Shown piece after piece: positions 38,421 through 47,324 of a DNA stretch of 64,000 bases (positions are counted from its first letter, which is position 1; each line of letters starts with the position of its first letter). The stretch is from a virus. The notes beneath the pieces are model-generated. The model saw only the letters and a program-made list of their open reading frames with translations. It was not told where the DNA came from and made no database searches. Made by a program: the position numbers and the translations under genes. The stretch spans positions 2,783 through 66,782 of the IMG/VR virus record IMGVR_UViG_3300028840_002073, one strand, 5' to 3'.

Positions 38421-39867
38421 AGATCCTCCTGATCTCCGGCCTCTGGCTCCAAGCGAACCTCGGCCCCTCGAATATGAAGTCCCAGTACGCTGAGTAGAAG
38501 AAGCCTGCTCCAGAATTGTAGAGTTCGTCCAGCTCGGCAGTGGACAGGGCCCTTCGCCAGAGTGCGAGGTTGTCGAACTGCCCCAGCAAGGTGTTCGCAG
38601 AAGTGACCCCAAACTGAAAGCTGGGGTCCCCATCCGAGGCCCGCAGGGGATAAGTCATGACCTCGGACTCTACGGTTTCATCCGCACGGTGCCAGCAAGT
38701 ATTGGTGGCGCTGTCGTATCCACCAGCGACGAAGTGCCAGCGACCCTCGAACGCACCTATGGCCTGGTTGTAGGTATTCGCTTCAGTGTCGTAGCAGCGG
38801 GTCACGTTGTTGTAGTTCAGAATCGACAGCCCGCTGCTGACACCGACAGTCACCTGATACGAGGTGATCTCAGCCACCTCTCGGAACATCCAGTAGGAGT
38901 AGGAGAACGACTCGTCCTCCGCGAGATCGAAGACTGCATCTCCGAGAGTCATCGTCTCGTTGGTGCCTGAGTACCTGACCGCCATCCCCGAGTCGCTCTG
39001 CTCCACCAGCGCAGCAGCCCGTGTGGGGGTGTTCACCGCCGTCAGGTCGTTCGACCCAACAACGTCCTCGTAGGGCCCTCCATTCTCGGACAGGGGCCAG
39101 CAGGACTCCAGATTGGAGGTAGGTGCATCATCACACAGCAGCCCCTTCCCGCTGTTCCACAGGGTAGCCCTCGGGGGGATTCCACCCTTGTAGTAGAAGG
39201 TTCTGCCCTGCACGCCGTCCCAGTCCCCGCCAGGAGCCGCTGGAATCTCCAGATCGTTTGCGGTGTCGGCTGGGTAGTTGGTCAGGGCTGCGCCTGCCGT
39301 CGCCGTCTCGTTGTCTATGGAGATGTATGCCTTCTTGTCCGAGGAGTCGTACCAGAAGCAGGCGAAGTGCCGCTTCCCAACCGTCAAGTTGGTGGACGAC
39401 GTAGCCACACTCGTTCCCGACACAGAGTCGTAGATGATGGTCTGCGAGAGTGCAGTCTTGAACTGGATCAGGTACTCGTCCTGCTTGTAGACTGGCCGTC
39501 TACTTGTGGCATCGAGAGATTCGGGCCTCACCCAGGTGCAGAAGCCGAAGCTGGTGTTTGACCCCTGCGACACAGAAGCGTTGTCGGTGACGCTGGCGTA
39601 CTGATCGGAGTCGATCTCGAAGTCCGACGCATACCCGAGTCCTCCACCCGTCGCGGTCGGGGTGTTCACCTCGGTCAGGTCGTAGGTGCCGTCGCCGTTG
39701 TCCGCGCCCAGGTCGTCGGGATCGTTGAAGGTCCAGACCACTTCGGCGTCGTCGTAGACACCAGTCCCCCCAGCCTCGACCGGGTAGTAGATCGGCCCTT
39801 CACCGGGGTAGTCCTGAGCGACGAACGCACTGAGCGCGATCGCAAGGAGAAAGATCGCCGTTCTCAT
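38407..39867 (-). CDS. Signal-peptide, double-LamG protein (paralogue of 33389-35458)
   Basis: MRTAIFLLAIALSAFVA|Q; GQFDNLALWRRALS.AE..ELYNSG.G. Confidence 0.75.
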   Translation of the reverse strand: MRTAIFLLAIALSAFVAQDYPGEGPIYYPVEAGGTGVYDDAEVVWTFNDPDDLGADNGDGTYDLTEVNTPTATGGGLGYASDFEIDSDQYASVTDNASVSQGSNTSFGFCTWVRPESLDATSRRPVYKQDEYLIQFKTALSQTIIYDSVSGTSVATSSTNLTVGKRHFACFWYDSSDKKAYISIDNETATAGAALTNYPADTANDLEIPAAPGGDWDGVQGRTFYYKGGIPPRATLWNSGKGLLCDDAPTSNLESCWPLSENGGPYEDVVGSNDLTAVNTPTRAAALVEQSDSGMAVRYSGTNETMTLGDAVFDLAEDESFSYSYWMFREVAEITSYQVTVGVSSGLSILNYNNVTRCYDTEANTYNQAIGAFEGRWHFVAGGYDSATNTCWHRADETVESEVMTYPLRASDGDPSFQFGVTSANTLLGQFDNLALWRRALSTAELDELYNSGAGFFYSAYWDFIFEGPRFAWSQRPEIRRIYAVH

Positions 39868-39901
39868 CGGAGCCTCCCCTCGCCCAGGAGGAGAAATCGC
39901 T

Positions 39902-40663
39902 TCATGGCGTGACCGCGAGGGTTGCCGTAACGCTCTCACGGGTGCCCCCGTCGCTGGTGCTGTAGGCGAGCGAGATCCGGCACTCGGAGAAGGCATTGTG
40001 AGGGATCTTGTACGAGAGCCCCTGGCCGGTCGTGCTGAACTGGCAGACCGTTCCGCTCAGGGTGCCATCGCCGCAGTCGGAGCTCGGGCCCGGATAGACC
40101 CGAACGTCAGACGCACCCAGGGCCCCCTCCTTGCAGAAGTAGGCGACGTCCAGGCTGCCGAGGTCCCCGGCGTCGTACTGGACCGTCATCTGGACCGTCC
40201 TGTAGCCCGAGACGCGGATCCACCCGTCGTCACCACCAGTCCCGCAGTTCAGGGTCTTGTAGTAGTAGGCGTTGTAGTCGGCGTCGTCGGTGGTGTTGGC
40301 GACGGTGATGTTGTTGTTGTTGGTCTTCACCGTGACGTAGGTTTCGACGTCCGGCACCACGGGGTCGGCGCTGGTGTCGCCGTCGCTGGACCGCAAGATG
40401 ATGGCGTCGCCAACCGACACGTCGGCGAAGGCATCGTTCGTTCCGTTGTCGATGATCGTCCCGGCGGTCTTCTGGATGTCGTAGTCGGGTGCGATGACCT
40501 TGAAGCCGGTCGTGTCGAACGGATCACCGTTCCTGCCGGTCACGGTGCAGTAGGTGGCGGTGGTCGAGGCGACGTCGTATCCGAAGGCGAAGTTCGCCTC
40601 CTGGGCCGTTGCTGGAATGGCCAGGGCCAGTACGAGGGCCGCCAGCACGAGAATCCTTCTCAT
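39902..40663 (-). CDS. Signal-peptide virion-like beta protein
   Basis: ATGA-coupled; MRRILVLAALVLALAIPATA|Q; 6 Cys. Confidence 0.7.
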   Translation of the reverse strand: MRRILVLAALVLALAIPATAQEANFAFGYDVASTTATYCTVTGRNGDPFDTTGFKVIAPDYDIQKTAGTIIDNGTNDAFADVSVGDAIILRSSDGDTSADPVVPDVETYVTVKTNNNNITVANTTDDADYNAYYYKTLNCGTGGDDGWIRVSGYRTVQMTVQYDAGDLGSLDVAYFCKEGALGASDVRVYPGPSSDCGDGTLSGTVCQFSTTGQGLSYKIPHNAFSECRISLAYSTSDGGTRESVTATLAVTP

Positions 40664-40926
40664 CGTCCTGCTCCTTTCGCGGCCAGGGCCGCCTTGCTCT
40701 TTCCGTGTCCGTTCAGAATCGCCTCGAGATAGGCGAGTCTCTGCACGATCCCATGGTGCTGGTCGTTGTTGGTCCGCTCGTAGCGGATCACCCGCTTCGC
40801 CATCGCCCGATCCCGGAGCTCGGCCTTGTCGAGTGCCGTCATGATGTGTGAGTACCCGATCCTTCCGAAGGCCCCGAATAGAACCCCGAATGCGCCAATG
40901 ATGATTGCTGCCGCTGATCCATCCAC
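40660..40926 (-). CDS. Single-TM protein next to the endolysin (holin/antiholin candidate)
   Basis: N-terminal TM plus coiled-coil tail. Confidence 0.5.
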   Translation of the reverse strand: MDGSAAAIIIGAFGVLFGAFGRIGYSHIMTALDKAELRDRAMAKRVIRYERTNNDQHHGIVQRLAYLEAILNGHGKSKAALAAKGAGR

Positions 40927-41405
40927 TAGTAAGCCCTCCCGAATTGAAAGTGCATGGCGTCAGGCACACGCCATCTCCCCCCCCATGTCCACCCGAGGCG
41001 CTCGAAGACCCGGACGACTTCTCGCGGCATATCGAAGTCGACCTGGCCGAGGCGATTCGTCCCGGCGTTGAAGTCGAGAGCGGCCCCGAAGGCGTGCATC
41101 GAGAGCTTGCTCGAGCCGCGCTTCGGTCGCCAGGTGTAGCCGCCGTCGTAGGTCTTGAGGAGGCCCCAGGCCCCTTCTTCCATGAGGGCCAGGAACGTCT
41201 CCTCGACCAGCCCAGCGATCTTGTTGTGGACGCGCACGCGGATTGCCTCGGTCCTGGGGGCCCACCCGAGTGGCAGCGGGTAGGGCATCGGAACCAGGAC
41301 CATCTGCGACTCCCATGCTGGGTGGGCGGACCCATCGGCGCGGATCCAGAGGTTCGGGTTGCCGTAGAAGGCGGTGAGCTCTTTCAGGCCTCGTGGAGAC
41401 TTCAT
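40926..41405 (-). CDS. Endolysin, peptidase M15 family
   Basis: R...S.H..G.A.D...WGG.W..PD.MHFQ zinc-peptidase motifs. Confidence 0.88.
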   Translation of the reverse strand: MKSPRGLKELTAFYGNPNLWIRADGSAHPAWESQMVLVPMPYPLPLGWAPRTEAIRVRVHNKIAGLVEETFLALMEEGAWGLLKTYDGGYTWRPKRGSSKLSMHAFGAALDFNAGTNRLGQVDFDMPREVVRVFERLGWTWGGRWRVPDAMHFQFGRAY

Positions 41406-41406
41406 G

Positions 41407-41520
41407 TCAGACCCCCGTGATCCAGCTCACCCAGACGTTGTTGCTGACCCCTACGAGCACCTGTGGGGCCCAGACGTCTCCGGGCCAGACGTCATCGGGC
41501 CAGACATCATGTGCCCACAT
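41407..41520 (-). CDS. 37-aa Trp-periodic micro-protein
   Basis: TAATG-coupled; MWAHDVWPDDVWPGDVWAPQVLVGVSNNVWVSWITGV; fills the gap to the endolysin. Confidence 0.55.
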   Translation of the reverse strand: MWAHDVWPDDVWPGDVWAPQVLVGVSNNVWVSWITGV

Positions 41521-42164
41521 TAGAGCCCCGTGAGGTCATAGGAGATCGCCGTTCTGTTCCCGTTCGCGTCGTAGCTCACGGTGATCCGGTCCAGCGCGTC
41601 GGCCAGGTCGCGGACCTTGAATGGACCGGGGGGCGAGCCTGCCCCCGAGGTCTTGCCCACGAGGCCCGCGCTCACCAGCAGTACGGCGAGGGCCTGCTTC
41701 ATGGTGACGTTGCCCTCCACGAGCTCGTTGGCGATGGACACGAGGCCGGGCGACGTGTCCGCCTGGTAGTGGACGTTGACGTAGGCCGAGCCCTGGATGG
41801 GTGAAGGCTGGAGCGACGCTGCAGCGTCGTAGGCCACGATGTCCCCGTCCGTCACGTAGCAGTTGACCCACGACGGCCCCGCCCGCGCCTCGAACTCCAG
41901 CAGCGCGTTGTCGAGGACGCAGACGATCCCGGTGAAGCGTCCGGTGCCGATCTGCTTCTTCCCCTCGGTGCCTTCCTTGGTGGCGCTCTCCTCCTCGCCT
42001 GCGGCCGCGTAGATGCTCGGGTAGCGGAGGTTCTCCTGGCGGTACTCCAGATGGAACAGGGTATCGACCAGGTCTTGGACGGTGAGCGAGGTCGACGGGG
42101 AGGCCACCGTGATGATCCTCGGTGAAACCCCCCAGTCGATGCTGATGTCTGAGCGGAAGGACAT
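41520..42164 (-). CDS. Putative virion structural protein
   Basis: 214 aa in the fibre block; C-terminal RIT...D.NGNRT motif. Confidence 0.55.
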   Translation of the reverse strand: MSFRSDISIDWGVSPRIITVASPSTSLTVQDLVDTLFHLEYRQENLRYPSIYAAAGEEESATKEGTEGKKQIGTGRFTGIVCVLDNALLEFEARAGPSWVNCYVTDGDIVAYDAAASLQPSPIQGSAYVNVHYQADTSPGLVSIANELVEGNVTMKQALAVLLVSAGLVGKTSGAGSPPGPFKVRDLADALDRITVSYDANGNRTAISYDLTGL

Positions 42165-42167
42165 GGC

Positions 42168-42425
42168 TCAGGCCTTTACTTCCTCCTCCTCGGGGACTCT
42201 CTCCACCGCCACCTCGAAGAAGCCCGGCTTCGCCTGGAGCTCGAGGACTTCCTCCAGCACCTTGATGTTCCGGTCGTGCTGCTCGAGCTGGCGCTCGGCG
42301 TTGTGGACGGCGAGCCGCAGCGCCGAGAGGTTCTTCTCCATGGTCGGTCGGCCCTTCTTCAGGGCCCCGAGACGGTTTCGGATGACGTCTGGCGTCTCCT
42401 TCACATCGTCGGCAGGGTCTTTCAT
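42168..42425 (-). CDS. Small coiled-coil protein (possible fibre chaperone)
   Basis: ATGA-coupled; heptad pattern. Confidence 0.55.
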   Translation of the reverse strand: MKDPADDVKETPDVIRNRLGALKKGRPTMEKNLSALRLAVHNAERQLEQHDRNIKVLEEVLELQAKPGFFEVAVERVPEEEEVKA

Positions 42426-42745
42426 GTGGCCTTCTTCTTCAGCTTCTTGGTCCACTCCTTGCCCCGGGCCACGAGCCTCTTGGACTCCAGCATCGGGTCG
42501 TCCGGGTGGATCTGGCGGTGACCGCGTCCGGCCTTCTTGACCGCTTCGAGGCAGTCGTAGTGGTCACGCTCATGGGTGTGGTGATCGAGAGGTTCGCCAT
42601 CTACGAATGCCGTCACATGGCCGGTGCGGTGGTCCTGGTGGAGGCCGATCTTCATGCCGCCGAAGGACAGCCGCATGGCGATCTTCTCCACCATGTCGTA
42701 GCTGACCCTCCGGCGGGGGATGAAGGGCAACCCGCTGTCGCGCAT
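42422..42745 (-). CDS. Hypothetical protein (107 aa)
   Basis: AAGGAGG RBS. Confidence 0.65.
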   Translation of the reverse strand: MRDSGLPFIPRRRVSYDMVEKIAMRLSFGGMKIGLHQDHRTGHVTAFVDGEPLDHHTHERDHYDCLEAVKKAGRGHRQIHPDDPMLESKRLVARGKEWTKKLKKKAT

Positions 42746-42755
42746 TCGCTCCTCC

Positions 42756-45197
42756 TTACGCTGCGATCGTTTCGGGTGTACGGATGACGCCCTGGCTGAG
42801 CCCCGAGTTCTCGATGGTCAGCTCGACCGCGAAGTTCTTGATCTTGTAGGTCGCGTTGTCCGCGTTCCTGACGCGCAGCAGCACGGGGATGTCGACCGAG
42901 TAGGTCACGGTGGTGGACTCGGACCCCGGGGCGCCGTCCGTCCCGGTGTCCTCGTTGACCATCAGGAAGGCGACCCAGAGGTAGTCGGACGAGTCGTAGG
43001 CCGCCACGGTGTAGCCCTGGGTGTAGGAGTCGCCGGTCGTCTGGTTCGTGATGTTCCGGTCGAGGGTGACCTGGTCGTTGGAGTCCACGGACTTGACGTA
43101 GGCGTAGGCCGTCCGGGTCGAGTTGTAGATGATGTCGCCCACCTGGGTGTTGGCGAAGGCCCCGGTGTCCACGATGGTGTCCTCGTCCGAGGTGGCGTCC
43201 ATGGTGGTCGACGCCACCCCCCAGAGCGTGAACGTCGAGCCGGTCCACGAGCTGTAGCGATACCAGTGCTCGGTGCCGGCCGCGTCGTCCCGGACCGCCA
43301 GCTTCCCGGCGGCGGGCTTCTCGGCCGCGATGGAGGTTCCCACGGTGAGCGAGGTGGACCCGATGGCGGGGGTGCCGCTGATGGAGTACTCGTCGTCGTC
43401 GATGACCCCACCCGCGGCCGTGAGCTTGAACAGGGCGATCCAGTCGTCCACGCGGGTGTTGGTGATGGCGACTGTGACCTTGTTGGGCTTCGCCTTCGTC
43501 GCGCCCAGGTCGTCGGTGGTGTTCCAGTTGTTCTCGTCCGCCGAGTCGTAGTTCTTTACCACGTAGCCGGGCTGGAGGAACCAGAACCCACCCGCGAAGG
43601 TGCCGAAAGGGGCCGCCACGTTGGGCGCGATGGTGACCGGAGTGACGCTGGTCACGTAGTTCGACCCATCCACCTCCACCGTCTCTCCACTGGAGAAGGT
43701 GCCCCGCACCGACCGCAGGGTCATCTGTTCCGGTGTCAGGTGATGGGCGACCACGACTCCTGTCGCTCCCGAGGTGGCCCCGGTGACGGTTGCGCCCTCG
43801 CTGACGGTCCCGGTGAGCGACCCAGCCGAGTAGTCGAGTCGGACCTCGATGCCGATGTAGGACTCCGCGGCGATGCCGTCCGTGAGAGTGGTCCCGGTCC
43901 GGCCTCGGTGCAGCTCGTACATGAGGTACTGGTAGACCTCGGCCAGGGTGTAGCTGTTGCAGTCGATGACGACCGAGAAGTACTCGTTGGTGCCGTCCTC
44001 GTCCACGTCGAGGGTGTTGTCGTTGGCGTGGGTCACGGTCACGCCGGTGACGTCCTGCGGGGGGCCGTCCGCGCCGGGGGTGCCCGAGGTGCAGCTCGCG
44101 TCCCCGCCCACCTCCGTGATCGTCTCCCCGTTGGTGAAGTCGTCCTGGGGCTCGCCGATGAGGAAGTACTGGAGGATCGGAGCTCCGACCGTCCCGCCGA
44201 CCGCGGTCAGGATGCCCCTGGCTCCGCTGGTGCCTCCGAGGATCTCCGATCCGACGTCGAAGGTGTTGGAGCCGCCGCTGCCGGTGTTCGTCCGGTAGCC
44301 CTCGGAGACGTTCAGGTCGTTGTTGTTGCCGATGGGGACAGCGTTCCGGCCGCCGCCGGACAGGTCCACCGTCCAGTACGAGAACGTCGCGCCGTACTGC
44401 CGGTTGAAGACCGTGATGTAGCCCTCGTCGATGAGGCTGTCCGCCTCCTTCACGAGGAACAGGTGGTCGATGTGGCCGTCCTCGGTCCAGTAGTCCGTGT
44501 CGGTGGACTGGTGGGACACGAGACGCGAGCCGTCCTGGTACACGTAGATGTGGGACTTCTCGCCCTGGTTGATGCTGCCGACGCTGGCGCCGAGGAGTCC
44601 GCCCTGGGTGAAGACGCCCGACCAGAGACTCTCGCCCTTGACCGCAGCGGCCGTCTGGGCTGCGGTGTGCCCGTTGCAGGTGATGGTCCCCGAGGTGGAG
44701 TCCCAGTTGTTCGCCGCCGCCTCGGAGTCGGGCCTGATCCACAGCTCGAGCTCCCCGGCTCCACCCCCGTCCTTGAACCCCACGAGGACCCCGGAGTCGA
44801 GGTCGGCGTGGGTGATGGTGTTCCCCACGTCGCCGATGACAATGTCGGTGTTCGTCGCGGCCACCTTCACCAGGCCGGCGTAGGTGCCGTCGACCCGTGT
44901 CCAGTTGGCGGTCTGCAGCGCACCCCCTGTGAAGTGCTCCGCGGACTCCCGGTCGATGAACCACGGCAGGGGATCGAACTGGTCGATCTGGCCGACGGTG
45001 AACTCGGTCGGGGTCTGCGCCGACATGGGCTCGCCGGCCTTCATGTTGTCCTGGGCGTCGAACGCCGTCTGGAGGGCGAGATAGGTTTCCTTCACAGTGC
45101 GCTCGTCGCCCGCCGCACCTGTCCAGCCGAGGCGCTGCTGGTTGTTGTCGATCTTGTGGTAGATCGTCCAGTCGCCTCCGAGAATCGTCTCGCTCAT
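42756..45197 (-). CDS. Large Thr/Gly/Asp-rich virion (tail fibre/spike) protein
   Basis: 813 aa, repeated G..I.G.TSGA.G and F..GE.I motifs; no signal peptide. Confidence 0.65.
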   Translation of the reverse strand: MSETILGGDWTIYHKIDNNQQRLGWTGAAGDERTVKETYLALQTAFDAQDNMKAGEPMSAQTPTEFTVGQIDQFDPLPWFIDRESAEHFTGGALQTANWTRVDGTYAGLVKVAATNTDIVIGDVGNTITHADLDSGVLVGFKDGGGAGELELWIRPDSEAAANNWDSTSGTITCNGHTAAQTAAAVKGESLWSGVFTQGGLLGASVGSINQGEKSHIYVYQDGSRLVSHQSTDTDYWTEDGHIDHLFLVKEADSLIDEGYITVFNRQYGATFSYWTVDLSGGGRNAVPIGNNNDLNVSEGYRTNTGSGGSNTFDVGSEILGGTSGARGILTAVGGTVGAPILQYFLIGEPQDDFTNGETITEVGGDASCTSGTPGADGPPQDVTGVTVTHANDNTLDVDEDGTNEYFSVVIDCNSYTLAEVYQYLMYELHRGRTGTTLTDGIAAESYIGIEVRLDYSAGSLTGTVSEGATVTGATSGATGVVVAHHLTPEQMTLRSVRGTFSSGETVEVDGSNYVTSVTPVTIAPNVAAPFGTFAGGFWFLQPGYVVKNYDSADENNWNTTDDLGATKAKPNKVTVAITNTRVDDWIALFKLTAAGGVIDDDEYSISGTPAIGSTSLTVGTSIAAEKPAAGKLAVRDDAAGTEHWYRYSSWTGSTFTLWGVASTTMDATSDEDTIVDTGAFANTQVGDIIYNSTRTAYAYVKSVDSNDQVTLDRNITNQTTGDSYTQGYTVAAYDSSDYLWVAFLMVNEDTGTDGAPGSESTTVTYSVDIPVLLRVRNADNATYKIKNFAVELTIENSGLSQGVIRTPETIAA

Positions 45198-45212
45198 TGC
45201 TCTCTCCCTCTC

Positions 45213-47324
45213 CTACGAAATGTCCGGTGTGAGCGTCACCTCGGCGGTGAACCCCGTGGACTCGATTGTACCGCCGCCTCGGCGGCTCGCATTCCCCCCG
45301 GTTGCGTCCCTGACTCGCCAGAAGATGGCCTGGTCGCCAGTGTAGTTGTAGTCCTCTTGGGCGATTCCGCCCGCGATGGTGTCCTCGTTCATCAGCTCTG
45401 TCTGGGCCTCGTCGTCGGTGTGGATCGACACCTTCGCCCCGACGATGGCTGTCCCGTCCGGCTCCTTCACGGTGATCTTGAGGGTGACGGTGTTGACGAT
45501 GATCGTTGCACCCTTCGTCGTCGCCGTTTCCTCGGCCGTGCCGGGGTCGGACTCGGTCGCGTTGATCTTGACGATCCCATCCCGGTTGACCTGGAACCGG
45601 CAGTCGTAGGTCTGACCGCTCCAAGAGCTGACGTAGGTGTTGCACGCCTCAGACCCGCTCCCCGCGGTCAGGTACTCCACCTCCAGCCGATTCGAGGAGT
45701 CGCCCCCGGTGTATTCAATGCTGATGTGGTACTCGGTGGATGCGACCAGGGTGTACTCGTCCTCGAACTCGAAGTCCACGTCGGCGAAGGACGTTCCCAG
45801 CCCAGCGATGTCGACGGCTTTGCTGGTCGCCAGGGGCGACCCCGTGGGGGCGCCTCCGCTGTTGGCGTACAGCTTGGCGTAGACGCTGCCGGTGGGGGTG
45901 CCCTGTTTGCGGATGCTGAAGATGGCCCGGGACAGGTCGCCCGCGGTGCCCGTGAACTGCTGGGCCACCCGGGTGATGGAGCCGCTGTAGACATCGACGT
46001 CGCCGTCCTCCGTGGGCTGGTACGAATCCACCACGGTGGCGCTGGCGCTGTTGTTGATGTCGTAGTCGTTGCCCGAGAACGTCATGCCGGAGTAGCTGAA
46101 GGTCCCCGCTGTGTCGTGCTCGATGGCGTGGGGGTCGTTCGTCCCGTCCGTGTTCCCGAGGAAGGAGCAGTTCTTGATGTCGATGTTCGCGTTCCACAGG
46201 AGGGCTCCATCGGTGTCTGGGGTGTAGCCGATGAAGCTGCAGTTCCGTGTGAAGACTCGACCCAGTGCGACCTGGCTACAATTCGAGAACGTGCATCCAG
46301 CGATGTCGTGGTTGGGGCCGTTCGTGGCATCTGCCGAGAACGCAATCGTCCCCTGCAACCCCAGGAACGAGCACCCGTACAGCAGCACAGTCTCGATGTC
46401 GGAGTCGCTGAAGTCGAAGTCCACGGGCTGGTTGGCAGGGTTGGCGTTGACGAAGGTGTTGCCGTTGCGCCCAGACATGGAGTCGCCGGAGCTGACCACC
46501 GTACCCAGCTCCACGCTGAAGGTGCCTGTGGCCGAATGCTGCCCACTGAACTTGAAAGCGGTGTTGGTCCCCGTCCCCCTGACTCGGTCCTCGAAGATGA
46601 CGACGGCGTCCGACTCCTTGTAGTCGATGGAGTTGCCGGCGGTGTCGCCGAACAGGATGTCGCCCTGGATCCCGTAGACCCCGGGCTGGATCTCTCGGAT
46701 GATGCCGTAGGCCTTGCCGGTCGCCGAGCTGAAGTCGTCGGCGGCGATGTCGGCCAGGTCGATGTCGTCCGAGGCTCCGCTGGTGACGATGATCCCGCTG
46801 CCGTAGCGCACGACGTCCACGAACACGTTGAGGGCGTTGCCCGAGGGGGCCACCACGTTGTAGATCCCGAAGCCGAACTGAGTGATCGCGGAGAGGGTTG
46901 GCTGGGCCGATCCGGCCTGCTGCTGGTAGTTCGCCGGCAGGTTCGCCGTGTCCAGCATCAGGCAGTACCAGCCCTTGACGGCGAAGGGCACGTCGTCCGA
47001 ACCCCCAACCCGGTAGGCTCTGCGGTTCGTGCCGTCCCCGATCAGGACCATCCAGCCGTCCTGGGCGGCAGTCCCGGCGCCGATGGAGTTGACCCAGATG
47101 TAGACCCGCTCGTTGCCCGAGACGGTCATGTCGACGGAGGAGCCGTGGGTGTGCCAGGCGTAGCCGAAGGAGTTGAGGGCCACCTGACCGCCGACGCAGT
47201 TCGTTCCTTCACGGGAGGCCGTGGAGGTTGCCGTCTTCGTGATCCCGCTGAAGGACCAGCCAGTCGTCGCCTCTGCAGCGTCGATCAGGTTGAGGTTCGT
47301 CGTGGAATCAACCGAGAGCGCCAT
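45213..47324 (-). CDS. Virion fibre/spike protein with beta-helix-like segment
   Basis: 703 aa; repeated (G/N)C(S/T)F motifs; no signal peptide. Confidence 0.65.
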   Translation of the reverse strand: MALSVDSTTNLNLIDAAEATTGWSFSGITKTATSTASREGTNCVGGQVALNSFGYAWHTHGSSVDMTVSGNERVYIWVNSIGAGTAAQDGWMVLIGDGTNRRAYRVGGSDDVPFAVKGWYCLMLDTANLPANYQQQAGSAQPTLSAITQFGFGIYNVVAPSGNALNVFVDVVRYGSGIIVTSGASDDIDLADIAADDFSSATGKAYGIIREIQPGVYGIQGDILFGDTAGNSIDYKESDAVVIFEDRVRGTGTNTAFKFSGQHSATGTFSVELGTVVSSGDSMSGRNGNTFVNANPANQPVDFDFSDSDIETVLLYGCSFLGLQGTIAFSADATNGPNHDIAGCTFSNCSQVALGRVFTRNCSFIGYTPDTDGALLWNANIDIKNCSFLGNTDGTNDPHAIEHDTAGTFSYSGMTFSGNDYDINNSASATVVDSYQPTEDGDVDVYSGSITRVAQQFTGTAGDLSRAIFSIRKQGTPTGSVYAKLYANSGGAPTGSPLATSKAVDIAGLGTSFADVDFEFEDEYTLVASTEYHISIEYTGGDSSNRLEVEYLTAGSGSEACNTYVSSWSGQTYDCRFQVNRDGIVKINATESDPGTAEETATTKGATIIVNTVTLKITVKEPDGTAIVGAKVSIHTDDEAQTELMNEDTIAGGIAQEDYNYTGDQAIFWRVRDATGGNASRRGGGTIESTGFTAEVTLTPDIS

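Noticed and set aside
33389-39867. Diversity-generating retroelement acting on the LamG paralogues
   Set aside because: No reverse transcriptase seen; similarity is protein-level, with no adenine-specific TR/VR pair
42652-45645. 997-aa minus-strand alternative frame
   Set aside because: R/H/G/P-rich shadow frame overlapping two well-supported genes; no promoter or RBS noticed
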